Source: Catajapyx aquilonaris (lineage: Eukaryota). From it: a stretch of 32,327 nucleotides of DNA. The DNA lies in the NCBI GenBank assembly GCA_000934665.2, contig JYFJ02001035.1:62001-94327 (forward strand). The letters are read 5' to 3'. The notes under the pieces were generated by a model. That model was not told the DNA's origin, did no database searches, and saw nothing but the letters and a program-made list of their open reading frames with translations. The translations under genes were made by a program, and so were the position numbers. How positions within the stretch are numbered: position 1 is the stretch's first letter; every line of letters starts with the position of its first letter. Below are positions 11,010 to 23,464 of the stretch, one piece after another.

Positions 11010-14000
11010 GGGTTGGATTCCTCAGAAATCCCAGTAAGGCTTATTCCCAGCGATGTACAATGTCCCAGAGGATATTCCGGGCAGGAATAATTGAAGGCAG
11101 CATATCTAACCTGATCCGGAGCAAATCCAGCCGGTGTTGGCCGCATTTGGTCGTGTCCTAATCAATGAGGTCGGCGCGAATACAGATCCGAGTTATGCGG
11201 CTCAGCGCCCTCTCAATTTATTACTGCAGTTCATGGTCCTCTGTGTGCACAGAGGATGGGGTCATGTTGCACACACACACACGTGTTGTGAACCAAATTT
11301 ATCTTCTCACCTCATTCTCACGTGATGCTGGAAAACAGTGGGGCTTTCATGTGAACCTCAAAGCACTGCCGACATCATTCGAGGGGTGGATTGGATATTG
11401 CTCGACACGGCGCTAAATGATGATGGAACCCCCCCGGTCAAAGGTCTGACCATTCTTAGGGCCGCCCTTTGTTGTGGTCCAAGTACCCCCTGGGACGGTA
11501 ATCTGCTCGAATATGCGGATTTTTCAAATTCCGCCTATTTTGTGGGGCGTTTTGCCTGGAGTGAATCAGCTGAGCATCATGCATGAAAGGCGGAATGAAT
11601 ATGCATACTTTTGCTGCTGGCGTTAACTCTCAAAATTGATTAGAGCTGAGAGCCGCCTGCCACGTGATAAAATGGTAATTAAAATTACAGTCAGTATATA
11701 TAAAGTTCGAGCGAAATTTCTGGCTAATTAGTGAGGTACAGAATAACTGCATTGCTATTTTTATTTATTATGTAATGTTATGCTGTACAGGAATTTCTTG
11801 TGGTCTGTACTGTACTGTACAGTACAATATGTTGAATTTCTTTAATGCACTAAACGCCATATTCATGCTGATCATGAAAAAGATAAAGACTGCCAGGGAT
11901 ATTTAATTTTAAATTCAAAAATTTATTGTTGAGTTCAGGTGTTTCCATTTAGCCGAGATATTCAATTGTTGGAGAATTTAATTAGGGCCTACAGCTTTCT
12001 GGTGAATAACCGCGACTTTTAGCATCTATTTGCTTGCAAATTCGGTATGTTACCATACAGAACATCAAATAATTTCAAAAACACCTCATTGCAGGCCCCT
12101 TAATTAATTTAACCTGCTGTTCAATCGCCCAGTTATATGTTAATTAATAGTAAAATTACACATACTAAATTTGCCCTTAAACGCCATAGCATAGGAAGAT
12201 AGCCCGATAAACCGGTGGCAAACACTTGTTCCCGATGAACCTGCCGTACCGCAATCATAGGACCCTGTGATTTATGATAAGCACAAGTGATGTGTGCTGG
12301 AGATAGGAGGGGGTTTTGAGCCGCGTAATTAATTTGCATCTGGTTGAAGTGGCCAACGTACGGTAGGCCACAAAGAGTCGATAATAAAATTAAGTGTTGT
12401 TGCCTGCGGGTAATTAGCCTCCGCAATATCCGTCCACAAGGTATTAAAGCACATCTCCATGAGCAAACAGGTGATGCCCCCATCTTGGTCAAGTTAACCC
12501 CATCTCTCGGTCCAGTGGTGTTGACACATCCTTGCGCCATTCCTGTGGCCACATTTTTCAGCGATACCCCCACCAGCGTTTATGGGTCGATTACTATTTA
12601 AATTATTTGATCGGAATGTATTAAATTCCGAAGGGCCGAAATGGAGCAAAAAAATGCCTGCGGTCTAACCCCCGTAAATTTTGTAGCCATGATGGAATTA
12701 GGATAGTGTCCGTGGTATAACGCGTACCGGCTGCGTTTTTAGCTCGTAAATTTATTTCAGAGAGCGTATCGGATTTATAGGGCGCTTTGTTAATTATTAC
12801 GTTATGCTGAGTGCGTCGCAGGTGGGTCGAACAATAATCAGGTTGTTGAATACATAAGCTTCTTTGGATATAGCCGATAGCGTTTGCTTGGAAGTACCGG
12901 TACCGGTACACTAAAATAGCAGAGTTTTAACCAGTTGAAAGATTGAATACGGAACCAGCTATTTTTTCCTTTGAGAAAACCTTAAGAAGCTCAGATTACT
13001 CACAACCGCTTCAGGCTTTTGGAACCAAAATTGGACGACCTTTCACATCAATTTTGCGAGAGTAATTTAGCCTGGAGACAACCTAGGTTTACAACACTGT
13101 GTTTGTGAGCTAGCCCTAGCTAGGCCTTGCTCTACTACCTATCCTCTCGTATCCCAGTACAAGCACTGAAGCCTAATCGAGTTTGCGACTTGCAAAGGGC
13201 CGGCGAATTAACTCGAGTTTGATTAAGAGGCCTCCCTACCATGCGATCGATGTGCAACTTGCAGTTTTTTAAACCCTCCAAAGTGTATTACGAAGACATG
13301 CTTATACAGTGCATCAAAATGGCGGTTATAAGCCGTTATAAGCAGTTCTCGTAACGCGCATTTTTCGCTGATTTGTCGCACTTTGCTAAACATTTGGTGC
13401 TGATAGCCAAGTTTTGGTGGGTAGAAATAGTGCGATAGGATCGGTTCCGGTACCAGGCTGCCCTGAACATAAATCAAGGTATTTATTTTCTAGAGCTGGG
13501 GAAAACCCTTGTTTCTAGCCAGATCTCTCCTCTTTAAACTCTCGATAAAAGCGCCTTTGAATTACGAGTTGGAAGAAAAAATCCCTGGCATACGGGCCCA
13601 GCAGATAGGGAGTACTTTATACTATGTCATTTTTGTGTCCATTGAACTCTCAGGAAATTAAGCCCCTCCAACTAACTGGGAAGCTTTCTAGGTACTTTTA
13701 TTTCCAATTTGAACGATTGCAAACGGGTGTGGATTCAATTTTTTCTATCGCAAATGTGTGTGCTTTGCTTCAGATACGACTTTAAGCTGGGTTGTTCCAG
13801 TGCAGAGGAATTACAGTCGCAGGGTGATGTTTTAATTCATATCGCACTGCACACAGCATCGATCACACTACGGTTTCCAGGATTTGAACAATGAAAGCAA
13901 TGCAGCATTTGGAATCCCATTGTATACGCTACTGTACACTTGAACCTGTTGGAATCCGCTGGATAATACGCGTGGCCCGTTTTTTCCGTTGACAAATCTT

Positions 14001-14815
14001 GGTAAATGCACTGGCTGGAATTGTTAAAAATGAGCTCAACTGGCAAGGGGCAACGGTTATTCACACTTTTGTACCTTTTTCAGAGGTTGGCCATGCAAAT
14101 GTGGCCGGCTTTCACACCATATCACATAGAAAATTCCTGTTGGCTTCTGGTCATATGCTTCTACTTTACAAAATAATGTGTGCAAAATGGTATTAATATT
14201 TTTATAATGAATTATCAAATTACAGCAGCCGTTTAAAAAATATTCGGCGACATATTAGGTTTCCATTTTTTTTTTTAAATTCAGCCATGTTCAGCCAATT
14301 GATTGGGTATCTGAGATTTTAAAACTATGAATGTCTTCTGAACATGGCTCGTGTAAAACGTACATTCGCCTACCTTTATAATCAGTGAGAGGCTGTCTGG
14401 CGCATGAGTATGAACACGACATCTCATCCAAACCATCGCAAAATACATGCTGAACAGAAAGGTCTTACCCTCCAGGCTTTTTACCGGATTACAGCGAGTG
14501 AGAGAGACAGGCGGGTTGTGCATTTCTGCGGTGTAAATAAAATGGCATCCATTAAAATTAGGGGAGCCTCAGTGAGATGCTTAAGCAAGCTGCAAAAGCC
14601 AGCATCCGGGGTCTCTCTGCTTGCTGCCTTTTTGCTGAGCGACTTGGCCATTCCTTCTCCCTTTTGTTCTCTTTGTCTCGGCAACCCCCCCAAAGCAAGC
14701 AAACAAACCTTTCCAGCATACCAACTCTGTCTAATTCACTTCTGCTACCTCTCCGGCGCTTGCTCTAGAAACTCACTGGAAGAACCAGTCCTGAATTGTC
14801 ATGACCTGTTGTACC

Positions 14816-15035
14816 GTTTGAGCGACGTAAGACTGTTCAGTTGTTCAGATCATTTGAAACGAGTTGAAACTAGGTCTAATAGATGTCTTTTTCGTAATTT
14901 CTGGTATCTTTTGATACATCTTATCGAGTCTTAATCGAAGATACCAGAAATTACTAAAAAGACATCTATTAGACCTAGTTTCAACTAGTTTCAATTGATC
15001 TCTGAACCGAACAAATTGTCTTACGTCACTCAAAC
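14816..15035. mobile_element. Foldback/MITE-like inverted repeat (~95-bp arms, ~27-bp spacer)
   Basis: 14816-14910 (GTTTGAGCGACGTAAGAC...AGTTGAAACTAGGTCTAATAGATGTCTTTTTCGTAATTTCTGGTATCTT) is the near reverse complement of 14938-15035. This is mirrored in the ORF track (VETRSNRCLFxNFWYL on both strands). No TSD identified, so the MITE label is an inference. Confidence 0.75.
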
Positions 15036-18000
15036 CGTCTTTATCAACAAATAGATATGTAACTAGGATATTATCTGATCTAGTGACTGTATGGTTCTTC
15101 CGTGATATGTGCGCATGCAAAGGACTGTACCTCGTTACCAGCATTTTAATGGTCCCCGCCTTTCTCACCGCACTTGCACGAGGTAATTGCTCATGGCCCC
15201 TCCGAGATCCATTCCTGCGAACACAATTTCATCTTTTATTCCCCAGAAAATGAAATCTAGCAGGCCCATCTCTCACGTATATGCTCACACTTTTTTTTGT
15301 ACCATAACCGCTTTTTTTAAATGTACTGGCTGTGTACTGACTATAGGATTATCGCGCCTTTATTTTCTCGTGACCAACCATGTACACCTGCTGTAGTAAG
15401 AAAATGAGATTAAGAGCTGGTCGGATGAACCTAGGATTTAGGAGGACCATACAACGGGTAGGTGGGTGGGTGGACGGTGTGGGAGGGATTTATGGGCGTT
15501 ATGGGCTCGAAGCCGAATGCCCTTTCTGCAAATAGCCCGATGGGAATTGTAGGCACTCACTCATCCGTGGAGTTTCAACGTTCCAACTGTGAACTATGTC
15601 CGTTCGGTTCACTGGATTCATTTTTGAGCCCCTCTTGTCCCCAACCCACCAACGCTTTGCTGCCATCATCCTTGCAAAACGTCCAGGTCCTTCTGCCATA
15701 TTGTATTATACAGCCGAGTTGTTCCACCCTGTAGTTCACAATCAGCTGGTACAAAAATCTTGATAGGCCATTTTTCGCCAGTTCTTGCGTTTGAAAAAAC
15801 ATTGCCTGAGGGCCGCCCTGGGTCTAGAAGCTTTCAACTGGAATAATAGAGAGGACAGAAATAGGGAAAGGCTGTACAAAAAAAAAAAATGGTGAGCTGC
15901 GCACGGCAAGTAGTGTGATCTGCATGCAAATAGGCAAAGGTCCGAATTCAATCTGCATGCTGCGCTTTCCAACTCCTACATAATACCAGAGCTCGTCCTA
16001 TACAGGGCCCCTGATCTTTAATGGTGCAATCCTTTCCCAACGGCGAGAATTTCTGCAAATCAGGGCCTCATTTTCGAAATTTGTATTTGGAATTTGAGAA
16101 TTTATTTTTAATGTGACTGGGTTCAGTTTTCGAGACGGATTATTGCCAGCACAAGACAACGAAGATAAATGAGATAGGTAATGCCATAATAGCAGGTTGA
16201 AAGATTTATGTGGGACTAGGCTTAGTGCGCCCCTTTAAGTGTTATCGATAGAAGAAATTGTTGGGGGAACTGTAAAGTGGTAAAGTTTTCTACAATGTTC
16301 TTGGTCACTTTGAGCTGGTTCAGATTAGATTAGTCGAAGTTTAAGCAAAAAGTTGTATTAGTCGGCCGTTAAGTCCGTTAAAGTACAGGCATTATCAAAA
16401 TTACTCGTCTCCAACGGTGATTCGTTGGAACCACCATTTTGCAATGGCGGCAATACTGATCAGCGTGGGCCTGTCATATGAGGCTTCCTTTTGAACATGT
16501 CTGATGTGATTCGCACGTACCTTTCCGGATATCCCATCACTGCTGAGCTTTCCTTTTCAAACTAAACCTCATCTGACCCACTAGGTATAGCAAACAGAAC
16601 TGGTTTCAACAGGGTTTCAAGAAAAAACTAATATAGTTGAGTCTGCAGTTCTCCTTTAACCCATGACATACAGTCCCACAGGGATCCACTTGAATGTGAA
16701 ATACAAATGAAAAACTCCATGCATATTTACACAGTGTACAGTAATGTTTTTGAACCTACATTTAACCATACGATTCGTAATATTTTACCTACCCTTGTTT
16801 ACATAGCAATATCAATATTTTGGCTCAAAATGGGATAGCCGGTTATAAACCTTGATAGATTTTCACTCCCAATAATCTCCCCGATCCTTTAGAGCCATTT
16901 GTTCCAAAAATGGGCCATTTTGACCACCTCTCCAGGAAAGAAGCCTCATAAAGTACACCACCTATCTACTTCCCACGTTCAAAAAAAAAACCTCATTTAA
17001 TCTGTTAATAGAGCATTCACAATTCAAGTGCATACCCGGGCAATCTTCCGGGTTAATAAAAGTAATTCAGGGGTTGGGGTAAATCGGTACCGAAGCCCAA
17101 TTAGGCGCAAGCAGCCGTTGGGCTTTAATGTTTAAAATTTTCAAGCCATCCAAGTTTGGGGGAATTAAACGTGCAAAATGAAGGCAGTCTTGTGTGAATC
17201 ATGTTCATGAGCTGTTGCTCACCGACTCAACCCTTGAATCCCATAAAAGTCGGCCCCTCGCAATTTATGCGTCATGCTTTTTGCGTCAGATATGGCCTTT
17301 GGGGAGACCAGGCGTTAATTCAGGGTATGAAAAAAGTGCGCAAACTGGAATTCATGTCGTTAGGCCCAGAGAAAATGTTTCAGTCGTCCAAGAGGGACTC
17401 CTTGTCCTCTCCCCCCCCCCCCCCAACAAAANTAAAAGCTATAGACTGTTGGAGCTGAATTAATTATTTCTGACTATGCTCATCGCATGACTACAAAATG
17501 ATCTTAATTAACTAGGAGAATGAGTAACGTAATTGCTGGCTGCAAATGTAGCGGCTGGAGAATTCACACTCGCTGGAGTCAATTTGGACACGGTAGTAAA
17601 ACTAGGCGCGAAATGAAACTTAACGCCAGGGCTGGTTTTTCATATGGGTTGCAAAAAAACGATGCGAAAAGCAGGTCCCAAAATTCTTTCATGTGCAGAT
17701 GTGCTTCAACCAAGCACTAAAACCTAACCCAAATGATGACGTTACACAAAAATTATTTTATTACACAAATTTTAAAAATACGAACTCAAAGTTTGTTCTG
17801 CTTAATGTGAAATCGGATTCTAAGACAGGTGCTAAGCCAGGTGTTTGGAATCATTGCATTGCATTGTGGTGAACACATGATGGTGTAACTTTACAACCGG
17901 AGGATTCGGATTTTATTGCCTGTCATTACAGTAATGCTTGTCCGCTTCTGACTTTGATGGCTATTCAGAATCATGACTTTAATGCAGATGCATACCTTTC

Positions 18001-20240
18001 TCTCCATGACAAACATTCCATTAAAGGTTCTGCTTGCTGATCCACCGGTGCATCTGCTTGGCAACCGAACTCGAGACCCCAAGAGCTAGGACCTTGTTTG
18101 CTTTCATGGTTAATGGCTGCAATTTTGAAGGCTTCCTTCCTCGCTGGTCGCTGATTTTTATCAGACGGGCTTGTATTTCAAGTATCGACCGTCTCAGATT
18201 AGTTTCTTGGACACTAGGATGGATGCGCAGAACGTATGCGCAGATATAGCCATATGCGCAGAACTCATGCGCAGTAGATGCGGCTATTCTGAATCCGAGC
18301 GTTTATTAGATGCCTAGAGAATGGTGCAGGGTTACCCAACAGGTTTCATTAAATCCTGAGTGAGGCCTGGCTAGAGCTGTCTGTCACTTGATTCCATATT
18401 CGTTGGACTTGCGACACTTTTCCATAACGTCAGCTGGGTTATATTGTTACGCCTGAATTTTAATTTTGGCTTGGAAAAACAACGTGTTAGTGCTTCCATG
18501 CGTTGGAGTGTTTGCTCGACACGTTTGCGGTTTTGAAGCTCTCATGTTGTCGTTACTACTGCGTAACGGTATGGTAATAGGCTTGTTGTAAAGGAGCTGT
18601 ACAATTTAAACGGACTGATGTTTATGCTAATTTGAAAAGAAAGGTTTTGATGTTCATAATTCTTTGTATCAAATGAGCTACACTCAGAGCCAAATTAGTG
18701 TATGACTAATTAGTCATTTTAAACCTTAAGTAGCACTTGAGAGTTTGAGGGGGGGGGGGGGGNGGGGGCATCAACGAAAACAAACAAGTCTGATTTTATG
18801 TCGACGCGGAGGTAATTATATTCTCCTAATGTAGAAAAATTATGTAAACAATAATCTGCACGGGCATATCAGCATTATAAGTTTTTCTTTAACGACCATT
18901 AAAAATTATTTACATGTAATAGGGGCATGTCAAATTACGTTTATTGAAAGAACGTAGTTGGAAATATTGACGTATTGTGTGTATATTGCAAACGAGTAAT
19001 TGCTTGGGCTCCATTTTTCAACACAATTCCTGCCTCGAGACATGTACGATATTGCGAGATCCTGAAATTACGTACCCCATTTTTCATACACAATGACAAA
19101 CAAATACGAACACCATTTTTTTGCAACGCTACTTTATTCTTCCCAATATTTTATTTAATTTTCGTATATTTTGTATAATAACGTCTACACATACTGTGTA
19201 TGTGTTTTCTAACCTCAAACATGCAATTCCTCCGACTATGAACAAACCGTTAAAAATTCAGACCAATATTTTCCATTTTCGCTCCATCCTCCTATCCAAG
19301 CCTAATGCAAACGATTGATTCCGAGTGCAGAGGCAAGTTCCAATTAGTAGGTGGGCATATTTACTTTGGTTAACTAGATGAGTTGGCAACAAAGTACATT
19401 CTTTTTTTTTTTTAAAGGCCCAGCACCTGTAATTGAATTAAACTGCATTGTGGAGTGTATAGGCCTATCCACCAATTAGAGCTTTCAAACCATGTGGGCA
19501 CTGTGGGTGGACCAGAGGGTGCTACAAAAAAAATGCCTATCTGGTACTATTAGAGCGACAGACGTGTTTAGCTTGAGTGAACGAACTGTGGATGAATTGG
19601 AAGCAAGTACAGTTGTTCAGCTGCACAGATTTCCATGAATGTGGACCTGTTCACGCCCGTCATGCTTCCAATGACGAATTTCCATTCGTCCACGACACTC
19701 TTTTTTTAATCAAATCCCATGATTCTTGGTCCTCCATTACTGTGTGAAAACCAATGCATTTGGCAGATTTACAGGACCCAGCTCCATTTTCATCTCTTCA
19801 ACTGTACTTTTTGGGAACTGGACTATCCACATTACTTGAGTCTGAAACGGAGGCTCAAATCTGCCCTGTCTCTTCTCACTCTTCCCAAGTTTTCCTAGAG
19901 ATAGGGAGAAGAACGGAGCTAGAATTACGGATTGCAATCATCTTGTCGGTGGAGAGAAACGAAAGAGATTGGATTTCGTCCAGGGAAATTTTGTCCCGAT
20001 TTGAAGAGGAATTGACTAGGTTTCTGCTTGGATGTCAATTGGTGTAGATTTGCAGGATAAGTGATATTGACAATGCTACTCTCATCAGTATTATATGTCA
20101 AAACTTGACAAAAACTTTCCGTGGCTGTCCACGTTGTACCCTGCACAATCCTATGCTACTCTAAGGTCGTGTTAAGGTCGACGGGTCCGACATTCGAATG
20201 AATCACGTGATTCAAACTAATTCACTGATTTGGAGTCAGC

Positions 20241-20390
20241 CTGAGGTCCTGGGTTCGAATGCGAATCCCGCGGCCGGCGACCCTGGCCGTGGTTTTCTGT
20301 GGTTTGCCACGGTCCTACCAGGATAATTCCGGGGTCGTTTCCATAAAAATATACCACAGCCGCTTCCTTCCGTCCCTACCCTATCCCACA
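20241..20390 (+). mobile_element. 5'-truncated tRNA-derived SINE-like element
   Basis: GAGGTCCTGGGTTCGAATgcgaatCCCG is a Pol III B box with a short internal duplication. It is followed by GGTTTTCTGTGGTTT...CCAGGATAATTCCGGG...CCACAGCCGCTTCCTTCC, which resembles from memory the body of widespread arthropod SINEs. No A box and no complete cloverleaf. Confidence 0.65.
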
Positions 20391-20527
20391 AAGCTAAGTA
20401 AAATGAAAGCAAAGAGTTCCAGTGAAAACAAAAATTGGGATGAACCCCCTCTAAAGAGCCGCAGGCTGATAATGGGATATGAATTATTAATTATTTTATC
20501 AATTATTATGATTCATAATGTGACTCG

Positions 20528-20773
20528 GATTCAGAATGTGATTCACTAATTCCCTGATTCAGAATGAGATTCACTAATTCCCTGATTCAGAATGTGATTC
20601 ACTAATTCCCTGATTCAGAATGAGATTCACTAATTCCCTGATTCAGAATGTGATTCACTAATTCCCTGATTCAGACAGTGCTTCACTGATTGAAGTTCTG
20701 ATTCAGTGATGCAGAAGGCGATTCACTGATTCATGTAATGATTCAGCGATTCAGACGTTGATTCAGTGATTCA
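20528..20773. repeat. 28-bp minisatellite GATTCAGAATGWGATTCACTAATTCCCT, 5 clean units then a degenerate GATTCA-rich tail
   Basis: Units at 20528, 20556, 20584, 20612 and 20640, with no spacers. Confidence 0.95.
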
Positions 20774-21985
20774 TTTTGGCTGCGTGCGAAATTCATACCC
20801 AATGTCTGACCCCTCGTGCTATGTACTATCAGCTCAGACAAATAAGCAGAAAGCGAGACATAGCCAATTAGGGCACCTGCATGGGACAAGATGCCACCCA
20901 GGAATATCGATATATCGATATATTTAAGGAATGTTGTTTGAAAAATTTACCGTTGATGCTGACATCTGCCACTGCCATTGTTTCTGTCCAAATTTTTAGT
21001 CTCTCAGGCTCTCCAGCAAATGAATCTGACAGAACAGAAGTAGCGAAAGGAATGGTGTCCAAGAGCTGGCTCCAATGCAATTAGTGCCGGAAAGAGGCCG
21101 ATACTGTATAGAGTCTTGGCCACAAAGTAGATTAGCGGGACTTTTGAATTCCCAGCACGGTCCAAATAGAGTTTGGGAGGAAAGGGGGAGCTGTGTGCCC
21201 GGACTTGCCTGCGTAGATACATCACTTTGGCCTCCCTGCCTATAGCAGCATCTGGAACTGGACCAAGTTAATCCGAAAGCCAGCCAGCAACCAACGCCGC
21301 CTAATTATGCTCCTCGGCGTTTGGCCAATCTTCGACTGGGACATGCCCTTTCAGGCCTCATTCCTTGCTTTGTCGCCCTCTCAGGTTTGCATACGACTTG
21401 CTTTGGGTCATGTGCAGGGGTACATCCGCTCCAATTTTGCATTCAAACAACGGGTGGGAGAACATCATAAATACTGGGTGTGTTGCTCTCCAAAAATAAA
21501 CGGAGGGTAAAATTCCGGAGGGCCCGGAAAAAGAGACGTCCTGCCATAAATTCGGCGCCCATTTTGCTTTTCAGAGAATTCAATTAGATGCGGAGAGCCT
21601 GGCTTTGCAAAATAAGCCCTTAAATTCGGCCCTCTGGTCTATTTCCGAAGAAAGATGTACCTACGGTGGAGGGTAAACACTTCTGAAGCTGTCCTTTCCC
21701 TGCACTATTATACAGGTGGAACAAGGTTGCCTAATTTTGAATTGGACAGTAGAGTTCTTTAGCTATGAATTTGTAGTCACATTTGAGCTATTTGAAAGCA
21801 CAGTTTGTTGATTGTATCGATATCCCATTCCGAGATTTATTGATATTTCTGGGTGGCGTCTTGTACCATGCAATTGGCTAGTATCTTTGCTCTTTATAAT
21901 TATTCAGCTAAATTATTATCTGAATTATTTTTGCTCTTTATTAATATTATAGAAGGTGCTACGTACAATGAACATTAATAATGAT

Positions 21986-22161
21986 TTGCTCGACCGTTGC
22001 CCGACCATTGCTCGACCGTTGCTCGACCGTTGCGCGACCGTTGCGCGACCGTTGCGCGACCGTTGCGCGACCGTTGCGCGACCGTTGCGCGACCGTTGCT
22101 CGACCGTTGCTCGACCGTCGCCCAACCGTCGCCCAACCGTCGCCCAACCGTCGTCCAACTG
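21986..22161. repeat. 11-bp GC-rich minisatellite (TTGCNCGACCG / TCGCCCAACCG), 16 units
   Basis: Directly readable. It explains the cluster of repetitive ORFs at 21925-22230. Confidence 0.97.
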
Positions 22162-22991
22162 TCCCCGCCCGCCATGTTTGGGACGACCGTTAAAGTGATT
22201 AAAAATTGGTTTCTGCTATCCGAAGTCTAAAATAAAGACATACAGACTGGTATGGCAACACTGAGAAACGCTAACCAAGAGAGACGGGAGCATGTTGAGG
22301 TAAACAGGTGTATTTTCCCCCTTGGCAAAGTGGCATTCTCAGGGTTTCTCCGCTGAAAGGAGCCCAGTGAATACAAATGGTTCGTTTCTCATTTCCCTCG
22401 AAGGATGCATTAAAAATGTAAAAATGTTTTATTTCCCCACGACATGCAGTTCGGCAACTGCGAGAGAAGGAAAAATTGTGCCAAAATACTCAGGTTTCAC
22501 TTTATATCGTCATTTTCTCTCTCGTATTTTTCCATTTGAAAAAAAAGGTAACTAACAGAAAGGGAAGAAGGAATGACAAAAGTTTTTCTTCGGCGTCTCC
22601 TAGCAATTTGGGAATAGGTAGAAAAGTTTGTAACCGGGTTTTCTTCAGGGAGAGAGATGATGCTTTACGCCGATTTCTGTTTGCTTACAAGTCAAACAAG
22701 AGTGAGAGTAAGCCAGGCCTGATTGTGTACCATGTAGCCTTCATCCGAGAGAAAATTTTGTTATCGCCATGAATTCTTTCACCAAACTTTTTAACTAGAT
22801 TACTGACTCTGAGGGTGCGGAATTTTCGCTTTTTGGCACTATTACGTGGGTTGCCTGGTCCATGCTTGGCCTACTTGGAACCAAATAGTGATCCTACAAA
22901 AATGTTACGAACATTGAAACGACAACTTTGTGTTGAGTATCGGCATTGTGGGCTGCAATGTAATGATGCGCAGGTTTCCTCTATCTACCAG

Positions 22992-23405
22992 GGTACGGCA
23001 ACATCGCGCCAAAGACACCAGTTGGAAGGATGGTGACCATTGCGTACGCCCTGATCGGGGTGCCCCTGATGCTTCTTTGCCTCTCCAACATCGGTAGTCT
23101 GATGGCCACCACATTCCAGTTTGGGTACACTCATTGCTGCAATGTGTTCCAAGGACGCCATCAAGAGAAGGGTCCTTCCCCATCAGCATCAGGATCTTCC
23201 ACAGCAGCGACAGTCAGCATTAGGTACACACCGTGGTCCAAAGGGGACAACCACCATCAGCTGGCAGTTTTGAGGGAGCTGGACCAGAAGCCATTACTTC
23301 GCCTACAGGAAAAGGGACATATGCATCAACCAGATGGACAGTACAGAGGAATGCAGGACCAATGTGGAAGCCCTGTCAATCTTCGGGGTGTCGCAGCAAA
23401 TGCCA
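22992..23405 (+). CDS. K2P channel exon: P1 filter (GYG), M2 and start of cytoplasmic loop
   Basis: Acceptor tttcctctatctaccAG at 22990-22991. G(2866)+GG gives G-Y-G-N-I-A-P-K-T-P-V-G-R-M-V-T-I-A-Y-A-L-I-G-V-P-L-M-L-L-C-L-S-N-I-G, the canonical K2P P1-M2 sequence, in frame with the previous exon. Consensus donor A|GTAAGT at 23406. Confidence 0.95.
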
Positions 23406-23464
23406 GTAAGTGTTTGGTAACATGTACAATCATATAGAAGTGTAATCGCATGGTTATATCGCAG
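23406..23464 (+). other. Small spliceosomal intron (59 bp, phase 1)
   Basis: GTAAGT...TCGCAG. Removal fuses ORFs 23030-23437 and 23479-24357 in frame. It contains an in-frame TAG at 23435-23437. Confidence 0.85.

Larger units (their letters stand above)
2867..22991 (+). other. Large spliceosomal intron (20,125 bp, phase 1) interrupting the first Gly codon of the P1 selectivity filter
   Basis: GTGAGT...ACCAG ends. Joining them restores an uninterrupted TTIGYGNIAPKT, leaving no room for an additional constitutive coding exon. Confidence 0.92.

Noticed and set aside
16018..16237. TTAA-flanked Kolobok/piggyBac-like MITE; similar CCCCTT(T)AA ends near 12100, 24830 and 26830
   Set aside because: I could not pair convincing terminal inverted repeats by eye. 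It needs a repeat library.
17411..18768. Poly-C/poly-G runs with N bases (17432, 18763, also 31579) as G-quadruplex elements
   Set aside because: These are simple homopolymers with ambiguous base calls, so their lengths are unreliable.
20241..20300. Functional tRNA gene
   Set aside because: Only a disrupted B box is present, with no A box or acceptor stem.
20528..20667. 28-bp repeats as a CRISPR array
   Set aside because: Units are head-to-tail with no unique spacers, there are no cas genes, and the context is a eukaryotic intron.
21925..22230. Six overlapping repetitive ORFs (ATVAQRSRNGR / RDRCATVARPL)
   Set aside because: Artefact of a stop-free 11-bp minisatellite.
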